From the IMG/VR virus record IMGVR_UViG_3300032331_003338: a stretch of DNA of 24,834 nucleotides, one strand, 5' to 3'. Of this stretch, positions 15,643 through 24,198 are shown one piece after another. This DNA is from an uncultured virus (IMG/VR IMGVR_UViG_3300032331_003338) (lineage: Duplodnaviria > Heunggongvirae > Uroviricota > Caudoviricetes). The position numbers were made by a program, and so were the translations under genes. The notes beneath the pieces are model-generated. The model searched no databases and was not told the DNA's origin. It worked only from the letters and a program-made list of their open reading frames with translations. Every line of letters starts with the position of its first letter. The first letter of the stretch is position 1.

Positions 15643-16520
15643 CGTCCGAGCTTGTCCAGCGTGCTGTTCCTGACTCCTGGGAGCATTTCCAGCATCCTTT
15701 TTTGCGTGTCCGGTAGCTTTTGTGGATGAGATTCCCATTGGTTGCACAATCTCCTATATTCACATGTTGCATGCACAAATGCGGTCGGATTTGGGTAAAT
15801 TGCGCCCTTTTCTCGCGCATCGAGGATCGCTCGGACCGTAACGTAGAGCTGATCGATGTCATCCTGCGTTCGTGTCGTAATGCGTCGCTCAACATTCGGA
15901 CCCTTTGAGTGCTTAGAGACAATGTTGAACGTCACCTTTGGGTCGTGGCCAAGATTTTGACGTACTGCGTTCACATAGGCGGTCGCCTGGGCATCTCCGT
16001 GCTCTCGCCCGGCCTCCCACTTGCGGTCCGCCGTCTTGTGCTCTACGACATCATTCTCTTTGGTCACCATGTCGAGCACCGACTTGAGCTGGATTGGCAA
16101 CTTGCCAAGCCTGCTGTGTTCGATGTCAGACATAAAGGTCCGCTCCACAGAGCTTGCAATCCAGTCGTCGCCTTCTAGGAGCGCCGCCTTGAGCATGTCC
16201 TCACCCAATGCGCTTTCGCTGATTGGGTTCTTCTCCTTCTCCTGGGTCCAATCGATCGTTGCCGACTCCTTAGCGTATGTCGACTTGAACGCATCAATTG
16301 CAGGGGTAAGGTCGCCGCTCTTTTTGCCGCCGGCAAACGGCTCGTACCAACTTGCCAGTCCGGCATGCACCGATGTACCGAGCGCAAAGAAACTTGTCTG
16401 CTTGCTCGTCCATAGGCCCATTCCGTACCGGTACCACCAGCGCAGCGGACACGCCATAAACTCGCGGATCTCGCTGACGCTGATGTGCTTCTTTTCTAGC
16501 GTACTGTCTGGTAGTTGCAT
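15639..16520 (-). CDS. PD-(D/E)XK (RecB/Cas4-like) exonuclease
   Basis: S.S.I..F..CP..W, GT.VH, E, LD..EHKT, QxxxY, C-terminal Cys cluster. Confidence 0.88.
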   Translation of the reverse strand: MQLPDSTLEKKHISVSEIREFMACPLRWWYRYGMGLWTSKQTSFFALGTSVHAGLASWYEPFAGGKKSGDLTPAIDAFKSTYAKESATIDWTQEKEKNPISESALGEDMLKAALLEGDDWIASSVERTFMSDIEHSRLGKLPIQLKSVLDMVTKENDVVEHKTADRKWEAGREHGDAQATAYVNAVRQNLGHDPKVTFNIVSKHSKGPNVERRITTRTQDDIDQLYVTVRAILDAREKGAIYPNPTAFVHATCEYRRLCNQWESHPQKLPDTQKRMLEMLPGVRNSTLDKLGR

Positions 16521-17128
16521 CAGGCGAAGTCAGCTTTGCGCGCGTTGTAGAACACTGCTAGCCACTTCTTTGCATCAGCACCGAGCTTTGAAGAGGCGAT
16601 CTGCTGGGCAACGGTATTAAGGTCCGTAATGGACGCCGATCCGTTGATAGCCTCTCGCCAGTCGATCAACTCGTCTGTTGGCTCAAATACTTCAGCCGCG
16701 GCCCGAAGGATCTCTTCGTCCTTGGACTTTATGACTTCACGCTTAACAACGGTATCCCCGCCCTTGGCGCGAATCTCGTCTCCTGAGGCAATCCGCTTGG
16801 ACGGAAGGCCTGCCATTACCAGCGCTCGGCCAACAGCGGACGTTTCGCAGTTCTCAATCTCTGAGCCGCGAGTGTACGGTGTTGCCCCTGGGATCTGCAT
16901 GGCGCTATGGCCGGTACCTGCCGGTCGGTCGTCAATAAACCCAAGCTCATCCTCTGGTCCGGAATCTCCCTTCGCCCCGCGATAGGCTCGGGCCTCAATG
17001 ACTACGCGCTTCTCATTGTGCTCAATGATGCGTGTCTCAATTCGTCCGTTTGGATACGCCTCGTACCATGCACGAATGCGTTCTGCGACATCAACGTAAT
17101 CCTTTAGTGCGCTCTTATCGAATGCCAT
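16520..17128 (-). CDS. Rad52/Sak-like ssDNA annealing protein
   Basis: YVDVAERI...ENCETSAVGRAL..G motif; next to exonuclease. Confidence 0.7.
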   Translation of the reverse strand: MAFDKSALKDYVDVAERIRAWYEAYPNGRIETRIIEHNEKRVVIEARAYRGAKGDSGPEDELGFIDDRPAGTGHSAMQIPGATPYTRGSEIENCETSAVGRALVMAGLPSKRIASGDEIRAKGGDTVVKREVIKSKDEEILRAAAEVFEPTDELIDWREAINGSASITDLNTVAQQIASSKLGADAKKWLAVFYNARKADFA

Positions 17129-17143
17129 TACTAACTCCTTCTC

Positions 17144-17389
17144 TTACTTATGTCCGAAAAGCTCGGACTCACTTAACCCCAGGTATTCTGCCAACCGCTT
17201 CCGCATCTCTGCGGTCATCGGAGCATGGCCATACTGCACCTGGTTCAGATAGCCATATGATACACCAAGGTGCATAGCGACCCAACGTCGCTTCACCCCA
17301 GACTCCTTAATTAAACGCCATACCTTGGCGTTCTCTTCTCGCTGCTGATCCCGCAGCTCTTTATTAGCGATACCGCTCTGCTTACTCAA
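17144..17389 (-). CDS. XRE/Cro-type HTH regulator
   Basis: WVAMHLGVSYGYLNQV..G...LAEYLG....LF. Confidence 0.8.
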   Translation of the reverse strand: MSKQSGIANKELRDQQREENAKVWRLIKESGVKRRWVAMHLGVSYGYLNQVQYGHAPMTAEMRKRLAEYLGLSESELFGHK

Positions 17390-17666
17390 GTTGCCCCTCC
17401 GAAGTTGGTAGCGCTGGGGTTACGCCAGTCTTGACCCACTCTTCAATGGCACACGTTGCACCCTCGCAAATAAGCCACCATGTTTCTGGGTCGGTTCCGG
17501 CAAATTCCCCGTTGCGCATTTCGTCGCGGATGCTGGCCCACAACTCTGGTGCCATTGCCTCTCGCAACTCTAGGTCTAGTGCGTCTTCAACCATTGTACT
17601 AATAATCAATGACGCCGATTTTACGCCTTGCTCGACGCTTTGAGGATCGATATGTCCGTCACTCAT
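17382..17666 (-). CDS. Hypothetical protein
   Basis: In the operon, overlapping neighbours, GGGAG RBS. Confidence 0.65.
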   Translation of the reverse strand: MSDGHIDPQSVEQGVKSASLIISTMVEDALDLELREAMAPELWASIRDEMRNGEFAGTDPETWWLICEGATCAIEEWVKTGVTPALPTSEGQLE

Positions 17667-17907
17667 GGAGCTCCCTCCCTGTTGGCGGAGCTTCGTCGTA
17701 TCCTTCGATCACGTCGTCAAGTATTCCGCCATTATTCCTAAGGATGTGATTCATGCACTCAGTGTGCACGCCTGTCCCAGCAGAAAAGATTTTGATTTCT
17801 CCTAGGGGCAAGAAGTTTCCACGCTTTATTCGCGTCGTTGATCGATTAGGGCAGCCCTGATAGGAGCACCCTCCATCGCCCGGGTACGTTATCGCTGGAT
17901 TACGCAT
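17659..17907 (-). CDS. Hypothetical protein (possible C/C/H/C Zn site)
   Basis: GGAGGGG RBS; CSYQGC...HTEC. Confidence 0.6.
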   Translation of the reverse strand: MRNPAITYPGDGGCSYQGCPNRSTTRIKRGNFLPLGEIKIFSAGTGVHTECMNHILRNNGGILDDVIEGYDEAPPTGRELHE

Positions 17908-18193
17908 TGATCCCCTCCAAATACTTCCTGAGCAGTGGCTTCCACGTTTTGGATGCCTCTGTTTTTACACGATGGTGGTATCCACACAGTACCACCAAGT
18001 TTCCAAGTGAGCTGGGCCCACGTTTTCCAAACCCTGCGTTATCAACGTGATCTAACTCAAGGGATACGGTTGACCCAGAGCCAAACTGGCTTCCGCACGG
18101 CTTTGGCATTCCGACCAGTGGGCCGACGCACGTTTTATCGCGCTTCATCACTGCAAATCGGAGCTCTGGAGTTACCGGGTCCTTGTGTGACAT
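17900..18193 (-). CDS. Small HNH endonuclease
   Basis: RD..C...LELDHV...NLVVLCGYHHRVKT. Confidence 0.85.
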   Translation of the reverse strand: MSHKDPVTPELRFAVMKRDKTCVGPLVGMPKPCGSQFGSGSTVSLELDHVDNAGFGKRGPSSLGNLVVLCGYHHRVKTEASKTWKPLLRKYLEGINA

Positions 18194-18199
18194 AACAAG

Positions 18200-18208
18200 A
18201 TTCTATCA
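18200..18208 (-). promoter_or_regulatory. Extended -10 promoter, likely leaderless
   Basis: TG-A-TAGAAT 6 nt before ATG 18193, no SD. Confidence 0.55.
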
Positions 18209-18210
18209 CA

Positions 18211-19344
18211 TCAGATTTCGCGGTGCAACCTCATGTTTTCTACTATCCTGAGGCCAATCCACTCTGCCACGAGGCTGGCAACCCCGTTTCCGCATGCATC
18301 TGCCCGTACTGTTTCATTAGTTCTGTCAAGTAACGGGTGCTCCATGCACGCGCCGCTCTGGACTAGGTGTTGACCGAAAACGCCAGAGGATGAAAAGGCC
18401 GTAAGGGTGCTATAGGAGCCGTCCTCAGTCCATCGCTCAAAGAACCCATTGTTCTGGCTTCTCTCTATTTTGCGGAACAATCGAAGCTCGGGCCCGTTTG
18501 AATTTGGAAGGGCTACGATTTTGTGCGCTTGGCGTGTAGACGTCGGAATCCTCTCACCAGCGTGTGCCCGTCCGGCCACCCCATCAGCCGCTCCATTTCT
18601 AGCGTAGTCAACCTTCGCAAAATCAAGCGAGGCTGGTCGATAGTTTCCTGGATCTTCTGGTACAGGTCCGGCGTAAAGCCGATCTTCGGACCAGCTGGCG
18701 TGCTCACGACCGAGCGCCCAAGGTAGTTCTGGGCCTCCTCTCGTGTCAAGAAGAACCTCGCCGGCACGAGCGGTTCCAAGATGTCCAAGAAGGAAGACTC
18801 TACGGCGCGGCTGCGGCACTGGGCGCCTTCGCCCATGCAGTTCACAGCTTCCGGCGCTCGACGCATCAATAGTTCGCCACGAAACGCCATACCCGAGTTC
18901 ATCCATTTCCTGGAGGAGTCTCCCCATGTCCCTGCCTTTGTTTGAGGTGAGGAGTCCGGGGACGTTTTCGAGGAGGACCCACTCTGGCCCGAAGGACTCG
19001 ACGAGATTGAGGAACGAGAACGCGAGGACCGAGCGATCACCAGTAAACCCCCTGCGCTTTCCTGCTGAGCTTAAGTCTTGGCATGGGAACCCAGCCGACC
19101 ATAGAGTAGCATTTTGCCATGCCTCTCCCGTTCGTTCAGTGCCAATGGATGTGATGTCTCCGAGATTCTTTAGGTGAGGCCACCTTGCGGCAAGAACAGC
19201 TGACTGGTAGCCAGCATTTTCACACAGGGCAACAGTTGACCATCCTGCCGCCTCTAGTCCAAGGTCGATACCGCCAACCCCACTAAATGTGGAGAAGTGG
19301 CTAAGGCTTTTTGCGTCTCTTGGACTTTTTCGGCTGCTCATCAT
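18211..19344 (-). CDS. C5 cytosine DNA methyltransferase, alpha polypeptide
   Basis: Motif I FSGVGG, IV GFPCQ, VI ENV, VIII Q.R.RVF, X GNGV; motif IX absent; start ATG 19344/19341 uncertain. Confidence 0.9.
   Translation of the reverse strand: MMSSRKSPRDAKSLSHFSTFSGVGGIDLGLEAAGWSTVALCENAGYQSAVLAARWPHLKNLGDITSIGTERTGEAWQNATLWSAGFPCQDLSSAGKRRGFTGDRSVLAFSFLNLVESFGPEWVLLENVPGLLTSNKGRDMGRLLQEMDELGYGVSWRTIDASSAGSCELHGRRRPVPQPRRRVFLLGHLGTARAGEVLLDTRGGPELPWALGREHASWSEDRLYAGPVPEDPGNYRPASLDFAKVDYARNGAADGVAGRAHAGERIPTSTRQAHKIVALPNSNGPELRLFRKIERSQNNGFFERWTEDGSYSTLTAFSSSGVFGQHLVQSGACMEHPLLDRTNETVRADACGNGVASLVAEWIGLRIVENMRLHREI
18513..19040 (-). CDS. C5 methyltransferase beta polypeptide, nested in an alternative frame
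   Basis: AGGGGG-7-GTG start; contains motif IX RRLTTLEMERLMGWPDGHT. Confidence 0.75.
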   Translation of the reverse strand: MIARSSRSRSSISSSPSGQSGSSSKTSPDSSPQTKAGTWGDSSRKWMNSGMAFRGELLMRRAPEAVNCMGEGAQCRSRAVESSFLDILEPLVPARFFLTREEAQNYLGRSVVSTPAGPKIGFTPDLYQKIQETIDQPRLILRRLTTLEMERLMGWPDGHTLVRGFRRLHAKRTKS

Positions 19345-19444
19345 CAGGCAGTTTAGCACTTTGCTGTGGGATGTCCCCTGCCTTGCGTAGCGCCCTACAC
19401 GGCATGCAGAAGCAGGGCTGTGAGTGGTATAGCTTCTCTGCCAT
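19301..19444 (-). CDS. 47-aa basic micro-protein with CxCxxC (not in ORF track)
   Basis: TAATG overlap with the portal stop; MAEKLYHSQPCFCMPCRALRK...KKSKRRKKP. Confidence 0.5.
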   Translation of the reverse strand: MAEKLYHSQPCFCMPCRALRKAGDIPQQSAKLPDDEQPKKSKRRKKP

Positions 19445-21600
19445 TACCGCTTCTCGCGGGCTTCAACCTGTCGCATGATCTTGTTTGCCCAGCCTTGACC
19501 CGGGTTCCCGCCCCAGAGGGCCCAGGCAATACGGCCAGCAGATGGGTAGCCGTCTTCGCCCTGATTGAATCCCTCGCCCTGCTTGTCAACCTCGTGTCTG
19601 GCAAGGAATGCACGCATCTTGCGAACACGCGGGATTGTCATTTTTCCGCTAATCAGCATGTTGGCAGTAACCTGACCTGGACCGATGCCGCCACGGCCAA
19701 ACTCTTTTCGCCAAGCGAGACCACGTGTCGCCTCGGCCTTCACAGCAGCTGGGACACCTAGGTTGATTCCAGAATAATCTGTTGCAGCGTAATTCTTTGA
19801 AATATCCTCTGGGCCGTGAACATTTTGCGCCCCGGCTGCCTGATAGGCCTCGCGGACCGCTGGGTCATTCTCAATTGCTTCAACAACAGGACCGTGATCC
19901 TTGAGAATATGAGAAATCCTATCTCTCTTGAATTGCAGGCCTGCCCCGGCCGGGAAATCAGACAGGTAAAGCTCGTCATGTGGTACGTCATTCTCTTCAA
20001 GCCAAGCGCGAGTTTCGTCAAGGCGCTTGATAGATCGTGCGCTAACAATAAATATTCGGTGGTTATCTGACTTTTGCTGCAGGTAGCTGACTACTGCTTC
20101 ATTTTCTTCGTCGCTTCCATCTTGGGTTGTAAGGGTTCCATCAATGTCGCACACAATGATTTGATCTCCGGCAGCTTTAGCAGTCTGCGACTGTGGAGCA
20201 TTAGCCGGTGCATTGTCCGGAACTATGTCCTCGCCCTGCTCTGGTGACGGGGTTCCCTGCGGGTTATTTCCTGTCGGAGGAGTATCTTGCGGCTCAACCT
20301 CGCCCTTGGAAATAATGTTCTCAAGGTATTTCATGTACACCGACATTGGCATGTAGCCCTGCGGTGATGGGAGCCAAATCTCTTCCCCAATATCGCCAAT
20401 ACCGTCTTGGCCTCGCTCTCGCAGGGCATCATTAAGGCGAAGCCACGGAAGGCCGGCAAGTGAGGCCTTGTAGTAGTCGGCCATTTCTGCTTGGTCCTGC
20501 ATCCCCATTCCGGTAAATGAGAATCGAAGGTTTTCATCGTAGCGCCAGACGATTTCTCTGGTCATAAACTCAGCAATAAGCTCCATTAGCGGCTTGATAC
20601 CGTTGTCCTGCGTAAACTTTGCCGCAACCTGTGAAGAGCTTCGGTTCATGTCAAACCCAATGCCGATATCCTGCGGCTGGACCGCAAACACGGCGCAAAT
20701 CTTTCGGGCAAGGTATACCTGCCACTCCATGAATTGCATGTCGCGGTTGCTTGAGGCCAACGGCATCCACTGCATACCCTTGCCACCGCCAGTAATTGCT
20801 ATCTGGCTTCGACCGGCAATCTCTGCGTCCCAATATGCCCGGAATGCGTCTACCTGATCTGCGCGGACGCCCTCACCAAGGTGCAAAACTCCGGGAGGTG
20901 CGGCGGCCATAACGGCCTTTGCATTGTATGCGGCTGCGGCAAGGTCGGCCTCGATCGTTTCAGCCAGAACCTCAAGCGGAGAAAGTCCGAGTGGCGTATA
21001 GGTCACCGGGTTTGAGATAATAACTAGCAGCTCGTGGTTTAGGTATCGCGCAATCTCCCTGCCGTCATCGGCAAACTCATAGTAGCGGGGCGCGTTAGGG
21101 TCAGTTCCGTCCCAACCAGAATCGAAGACAATCTTCGATGCATCCTTTGCATAAAGCGATGCCACCGGGCGGTTGTAAGAACCTATCCGCCCGCCGTTCG
21201 TCGCCTCTACCTCGATGACGCCCTGATCCAAGACCAGAATGTCTTCGATGACCGGCTCCATCAGAGATCGCCAGGAATCCATTCGCTCATTAGGCCTGCG
21301 CAACAGCTCCTTGATTTGAGCGATCTTCTTTGTGTTTGGATTAGTTTCAGAGTCTATGCCAATGATGTCCCACTTGGCCTGGCTGATTTGAGTCCTGCGA
21401 AGATTGATGGCAGCGCGAATCCATGGGTTTGTCCTCGACCAGCGACGAAGCTGCTGTGTGCTGCGCTTTGCATGATGGGTAACGCCAGCAACGCCTCGAG
21501 CATAAGGCGCGGAGTCATACTCCGGGGTGGTGGAAATTGCGTTCGTTACTACTTCTCCGCGACCAAATAGTCGGCTAAAGAGTGAGCGGCCCTCTGCCAT
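19444..21600 (-). CDS. Portal protein fused to a HAD-family phosphatase and an uncharacterised C-terminal domain
   Basis: HK97-type portal motifs (LL.RPN, GLSPL, DMQFME...RKICAVF.V.P..IG); HAD motif DIDGTL, IVSAR; C-terminal IAWALWGG domain. Confidence 0.85.
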   Translation of the reverse strand: MAEGRSLFSRLFGRGEVVTNAISTTPEYDSAPYARGVAGVTHHAKRSTQQLRRWSRTNPWIRAAINLRRTQISQAKWDIIGIDSETNPNTKKIAQIKELLRRPNERMDSWRSLMEPVIEDILVLDQGVIEVEATNGGRIGSYNRPVASLYAKDASKIVFDSGWDGTDPNAPRYYEFADDGREIARYLNHELLVIISNPVTYTPLGLSPLEVLAETIEADLAAAAYNAKAVMAAAPPGVLHLGEGVRADQVDAFRAYWDAEIAGRSQIAITGGGKGMQWMPLASSNRDMQFMEWQVYLARKICAVFAVQPQDIGIGFDMNRSSSQVAAKFTQDNGIKPLMELIAEFMTREIVWRYDENLRFSFTGMGMQDQAEMADYYKASLAGLPWLRLNDALRERGQDGIGDIGEEIWLPSPQGYMPMSVYMKYLENIISKGEVEPQDTPPTGNNPQGTPSPEQGEDIVPDNAPANAPQSQTAKAAGDQIIVCDIDGTLTTQDGSDEENEAVVSYLQQKSDNHRIFIVSARSIKRLDETRAWLEENDVPHDELYLSDFPAGAGLQFKRDRISHILKDHGPVVEAIENDPAVREAYQAAGAQNVHGPEDISKNYAATDYSGINLGVPAAVKAEATRGLAWRKEFGRGGIGPGQVTANMLISGKMTIPRVRKMRAFLARHEVDKQGEGFNQGEDGYPSAGRIAWALWGGNPGQGWANKIMRQVEAREKR

Positions 21601-21603
21601 GTA

Positions 21604-21825
21604 TTACCTTCCTGACTTGCTGCGCTTCACGGCTGACCAGAAAATGTCATCAGTCATGCGTCGGTTAATAATGTCCTGCATTTGTACTTTTGTGCAAGAG
21701 ACGACCCGTCTACCACCTCGATATCCTACAGTATGGGCCAACAGGTACCTACCCCACCACGACGGAACAACGGTGGTGCCGTCCTCAAATTCTACCTCAA
21801 TTGTGTTCTCAATGCCGGGGATCAC
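21604..21825 (-). CDS. Hypothetical protein
   Basis: GTGA coupling with upstream gene; ends 3 nt before the portal start. Confidence 0.6.
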   Translation of the reverse strand: MIPGIENTIEVEFEDGTTVVPSWWGRYLLAHTVGYRGGRRVVSCTKVQMQDIINRRMTDDIFWSAVKRSKSGR

Positions 21826-22247
21826 TCAGCTACGTCCTCTTCAATCCCGTCAATTGCATCTTGGTCCTTAAACATTTGCTCAATATCAAGTTGGTGCTTT
21901 CTTTGCTGCGGAACTGATCTGCGGGCCTTGTGCAAGTCTTGATAGCACCACTTGCAAACATTATACCTCTTCTGGCCCTTGGCCCTTGGGACCATTGGCT
22001 CTGGGGTTAGCTCAGTGATAAGATGCTGTCCATCTGGTCCGGCCATAATGCCGCAAGAGGCGCACTGCGGATGGGAGCGTTTCAGCTTCTGGTAGGTGTC
22101 CAAAACCGGGGTGATTGTCTTGTGAAGGCGGATCAGAGAGGACGCAAGTTCGCGTATCTCCTTGCCGCGCTCCCGTATTTCAGAGCAAAGGGTGCAGCTG
22201 GATGCGTCCGCCTCTAGTCCCAAATGGGCATAATGCTCGTCACTCAT
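21822..22247 (-). CDS. Zn-finger/coiled-coil hypothetical protein
   Basis: CTLC, CASC, CKWC; first gene of the leftward operon. Confidence 0.7.
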   Translation of the reverse strand: MSDEHYAHLGLEADASSCTLCSEIRERGKEIRELASSLIRLHKTITPVLDTYQKLKRSHPQCASCGIMAGPDGQHLITELTPEPMVPRAKGQKRYNVCKWCYQDLHKARRSVPQQRKHQLDIEQMFKDQDAIDGIEEDVAE

Positions 22248-22253
22248 ATTTGA

Positions 22254-22262
22254 ATGGTAGCA
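22254..22262 (-). promoter_or_regulatory. Extended -10 promoter, likely leaderless
   Basis: TG-C-TACCAT 6 nt before ATG 22247, no SD. Confidence 0.55.
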
Positions 22263-22410
22263 GTAAACACCAATGACAGGATAAAAAGGTTATTGTAGAA
22301 TGTCCACGTATTGTCCGTGTGATGCTTTGTTTGGTAAAGAATCCTAAACATTCGTCATTACATTTCTTGTATCGCGGTGTTACCTTACGATATCAGAGAT
22401 TATTATTGTA

Positions 22411-22443
22411 TTGACGCAGATGTCGTCGGACATCAGTATGTCC
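22411..22443 (+). promoter_or_regulatory. Promoter of head genes with overlapping inverted repeats
   Basis: TTGACG-17-CAGTAT; GATGTC-N4-GACATC and GGACAT-N4-ATGTCC. Confidence 0.5.
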
Positions 22444-22463
22444 GGGTACCTAGGGAGGTCATT

Positions 22464-24194
22464 GTGGATTTTAAAGTCTTTACAAACGCCTTAAAGGCGT
22501 ATGAGGGGCCAAACGGCGACCTCTTCGTAACGGGAACTACTTCATCAACAATCCGAGACCTGCATGGCGATGAGATGACACTCAACGCTATTGAAACCAT
22601 GGCTAACACAGCCAAGCAGAACATGACAATCTTCCTTAACCACAATTACAATGTTCCGCAAGACCTCTTCGGCTCGGTAAAAGATGCTCGAGTTGTAAAG
22701 CGATACGATGTCGAGTCAAATTCCGAAGTCTACGATCTTGACATTGACGTCTTGGTGTGCAAAGAGGACGAAAACCCAGAAGCCATGCGCGCCTTCAAGG
22801 CCATCAAGCGCGGCGTGAAGCTTGGCTTGTCCATCGGGGCTCGTGTTGACCGCGTTTCAAAGAAGAAGGACGCCAGGACGGGCGACGATACATACGTTAT
22901 TGACGCTGTTAAGCTGATGGAGGCATCCGTAGTCGGCATTCCGGCCAATCAGCGCTCATACCTTCAGAATGCCCTCAAGAGCCTAAAGGCTGCTGAGCAG
23001 TCTGGCGAACTTGTGGTTAACCATAAGGCCGCAACGGATTTGTCCGAGGGCGACTTTGTATCATGGGGCTCCAGCGGCGGAACGGCGCGAGGGCGCATTG
23101 AGCACGTCATGCGCGAGGGAACCCTTGGGGTTCCTGACTCTGATTTCAAAATTGAGGCTACCCCAGAAGATCCAGCTGCACTTATTAGAATTTGGAGCAG
23201 GTCTAACGACGAGTGGGCAGAGACCGACAAGTTGGTTGGCCACAAGTGCTCTACTCTTCGAAAGATTGACTCGCTTAAGGGCATCTTTGACCTTGAGGAG
23301 TCAACAGAGATTGACTCCAGCCCAGCAGTTTCGATTGACGCTGCGGGGATTGTTGATGGATATGAGCAAAAGGGGGATGTGGATAGTTCCGCTAATTCCT
23401 TGCTCGCTGAAGGAGAAATTATCGTGGGAGACGCTGAAAAGGCTACTCGGGTGACCGTCACTGTCACGCAAAGTGACGATAAGGAGACAAAGAAGCCCGA
23501 GGCCAGTGAAAATATCCAAGATGAGGCCGTATCGGCTGCATCTGACGTTTCTAAGTCCGAGCAGGAGAGCCCCGTTGAGGCAGAGACGGCAGTTGATGTT
23601 GCCCCAGAGGCAGATCCAGCTGTCGAGGCTCCTGTCGAGGTCCCTGTTGAGGCCCCTGTTGACGAGCCCGTAGAGGCCCCTGTCGAGGAGCCAGTTGTGG
23701 AAGAGGTAAATGCCGCACATGAGGCCCTTCAGGCCCTTGGCGCAGTGCTCGTCCGCGCAAGCGCTGGTGAGCGCGCGCACATTTTGTCTAAGGTTGCTGA
23801 ATTCGCTGATGGCGAAACTGCAACTGTGGCTGAGGCAGAGGTTGCCGAAGCCGTTGTCACCGAGGGTGAGCCTGTCGCCGATGAGGCACAGGAGGTCGCC
23901 CAGGAAATTGTTGAGGCCAATGGCCTTGATGAGGTAACTGCCATCGCTAAATCTGCGCTGGATGCAGCCTTTGCGGCACAGCAGGAGGTCAGCTTGATTA
24001 AGTCACAGCTTACCGAACTGATTGCCCAGAAGGCCAAGGTCGAGTCTGATCTTGCGAAGGCGCTTGATGTCGTTGGTCGACTGATGGATCTTCCGTCTGG
24101 TCGAAAGGCGTACTCAAGTGCATCGAATAGTTCAGGGACGAAGGCCCCATGGCTTTCTCCCGTAATTCAGCGAATGCTGGACAGCCAGGAGTAA
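22464..24194 (+). CDS. Prohead protease fused to a Tudor-like (HVA1/DUF2945-like) domain and an acidic scaffold region
   Basis: GGGAGG-5-GTG; H (NHN), GLSIG, E.SVV.IPAN protease motifs; GDFVSW.SSGG.ARGRI; acidic repeats and coiled coil. Confidence 0.82.
   Translation: MDFKVFTNALKAYEGPNGDLFVTGTTSSTIRDLHGDEMTLNAIETMANTAKQNMTIFLNHNYNVPQDLFGSVKDARVVKRYDVESNSEVYDLDIDVLVCKEDENPEAMRAFKAIKRGVKLGLSIGARVDRVSKKKDARTGDDTYVIDAVKLMEASVVGIPANQRSYLQNALKSLKAAEQSGELVVNHKAATDLSEGDFVSWGSSGGTARGRIEHVMREGTLGVPDSDFKIEATPEDPAALIRIWSRSNDEWAETDKLVGHKCSTLRKIDSLKGIFDLEESTEIDSSPAVSIDAAGIVDGYEQKGDVDSSANSLLAEGEIIVGDAEKATRVTVTVTQSDDKETKKPEASENIQDEAVSAASDVSKSEQESPVEAETAVDVAPEADPAVEAPVEVPVEAPVDEPVEAPVEEPVVEEVNAAHEALQALGAVLVRASAGERAHILSKVAEFADGETATVAEAEVAEAVVTEGEPVADEAQEVAQEIVEANGLDEVTAIAKSALDAAFAAQQEVSLIKSQLTELIAQKAKVESDLAKALDVVGRLMDLPSGRKAYSSASNSSGTKAPWLSPVIQRMLDSQE
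23617..23700 (+). repeat. 12-nt coding tandem repeat (PVE-x)
   Basis: CCTGTCGAGGNN-like units encoding PAVEAPVEVPVEAPVDEPVEAPVEEPVV. Confidence 0.8.
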
Positions 24195-24198
24195 AAAA

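Noticed and set aside
18513..19344. Frameshifted methyltransferase pseudogene
   Set aside because: The main frame is uninterrupted through motif X and the nested frame has its own SD and start. This fits a two-polypeptide enzyme better.
12605..22217. Plus-strand ORFs over the minus-strand operon (e.g. 12605..13108, 16021..16620)
   Set aside because: They are shadows of genes with clear family motifs on the opposite strand.
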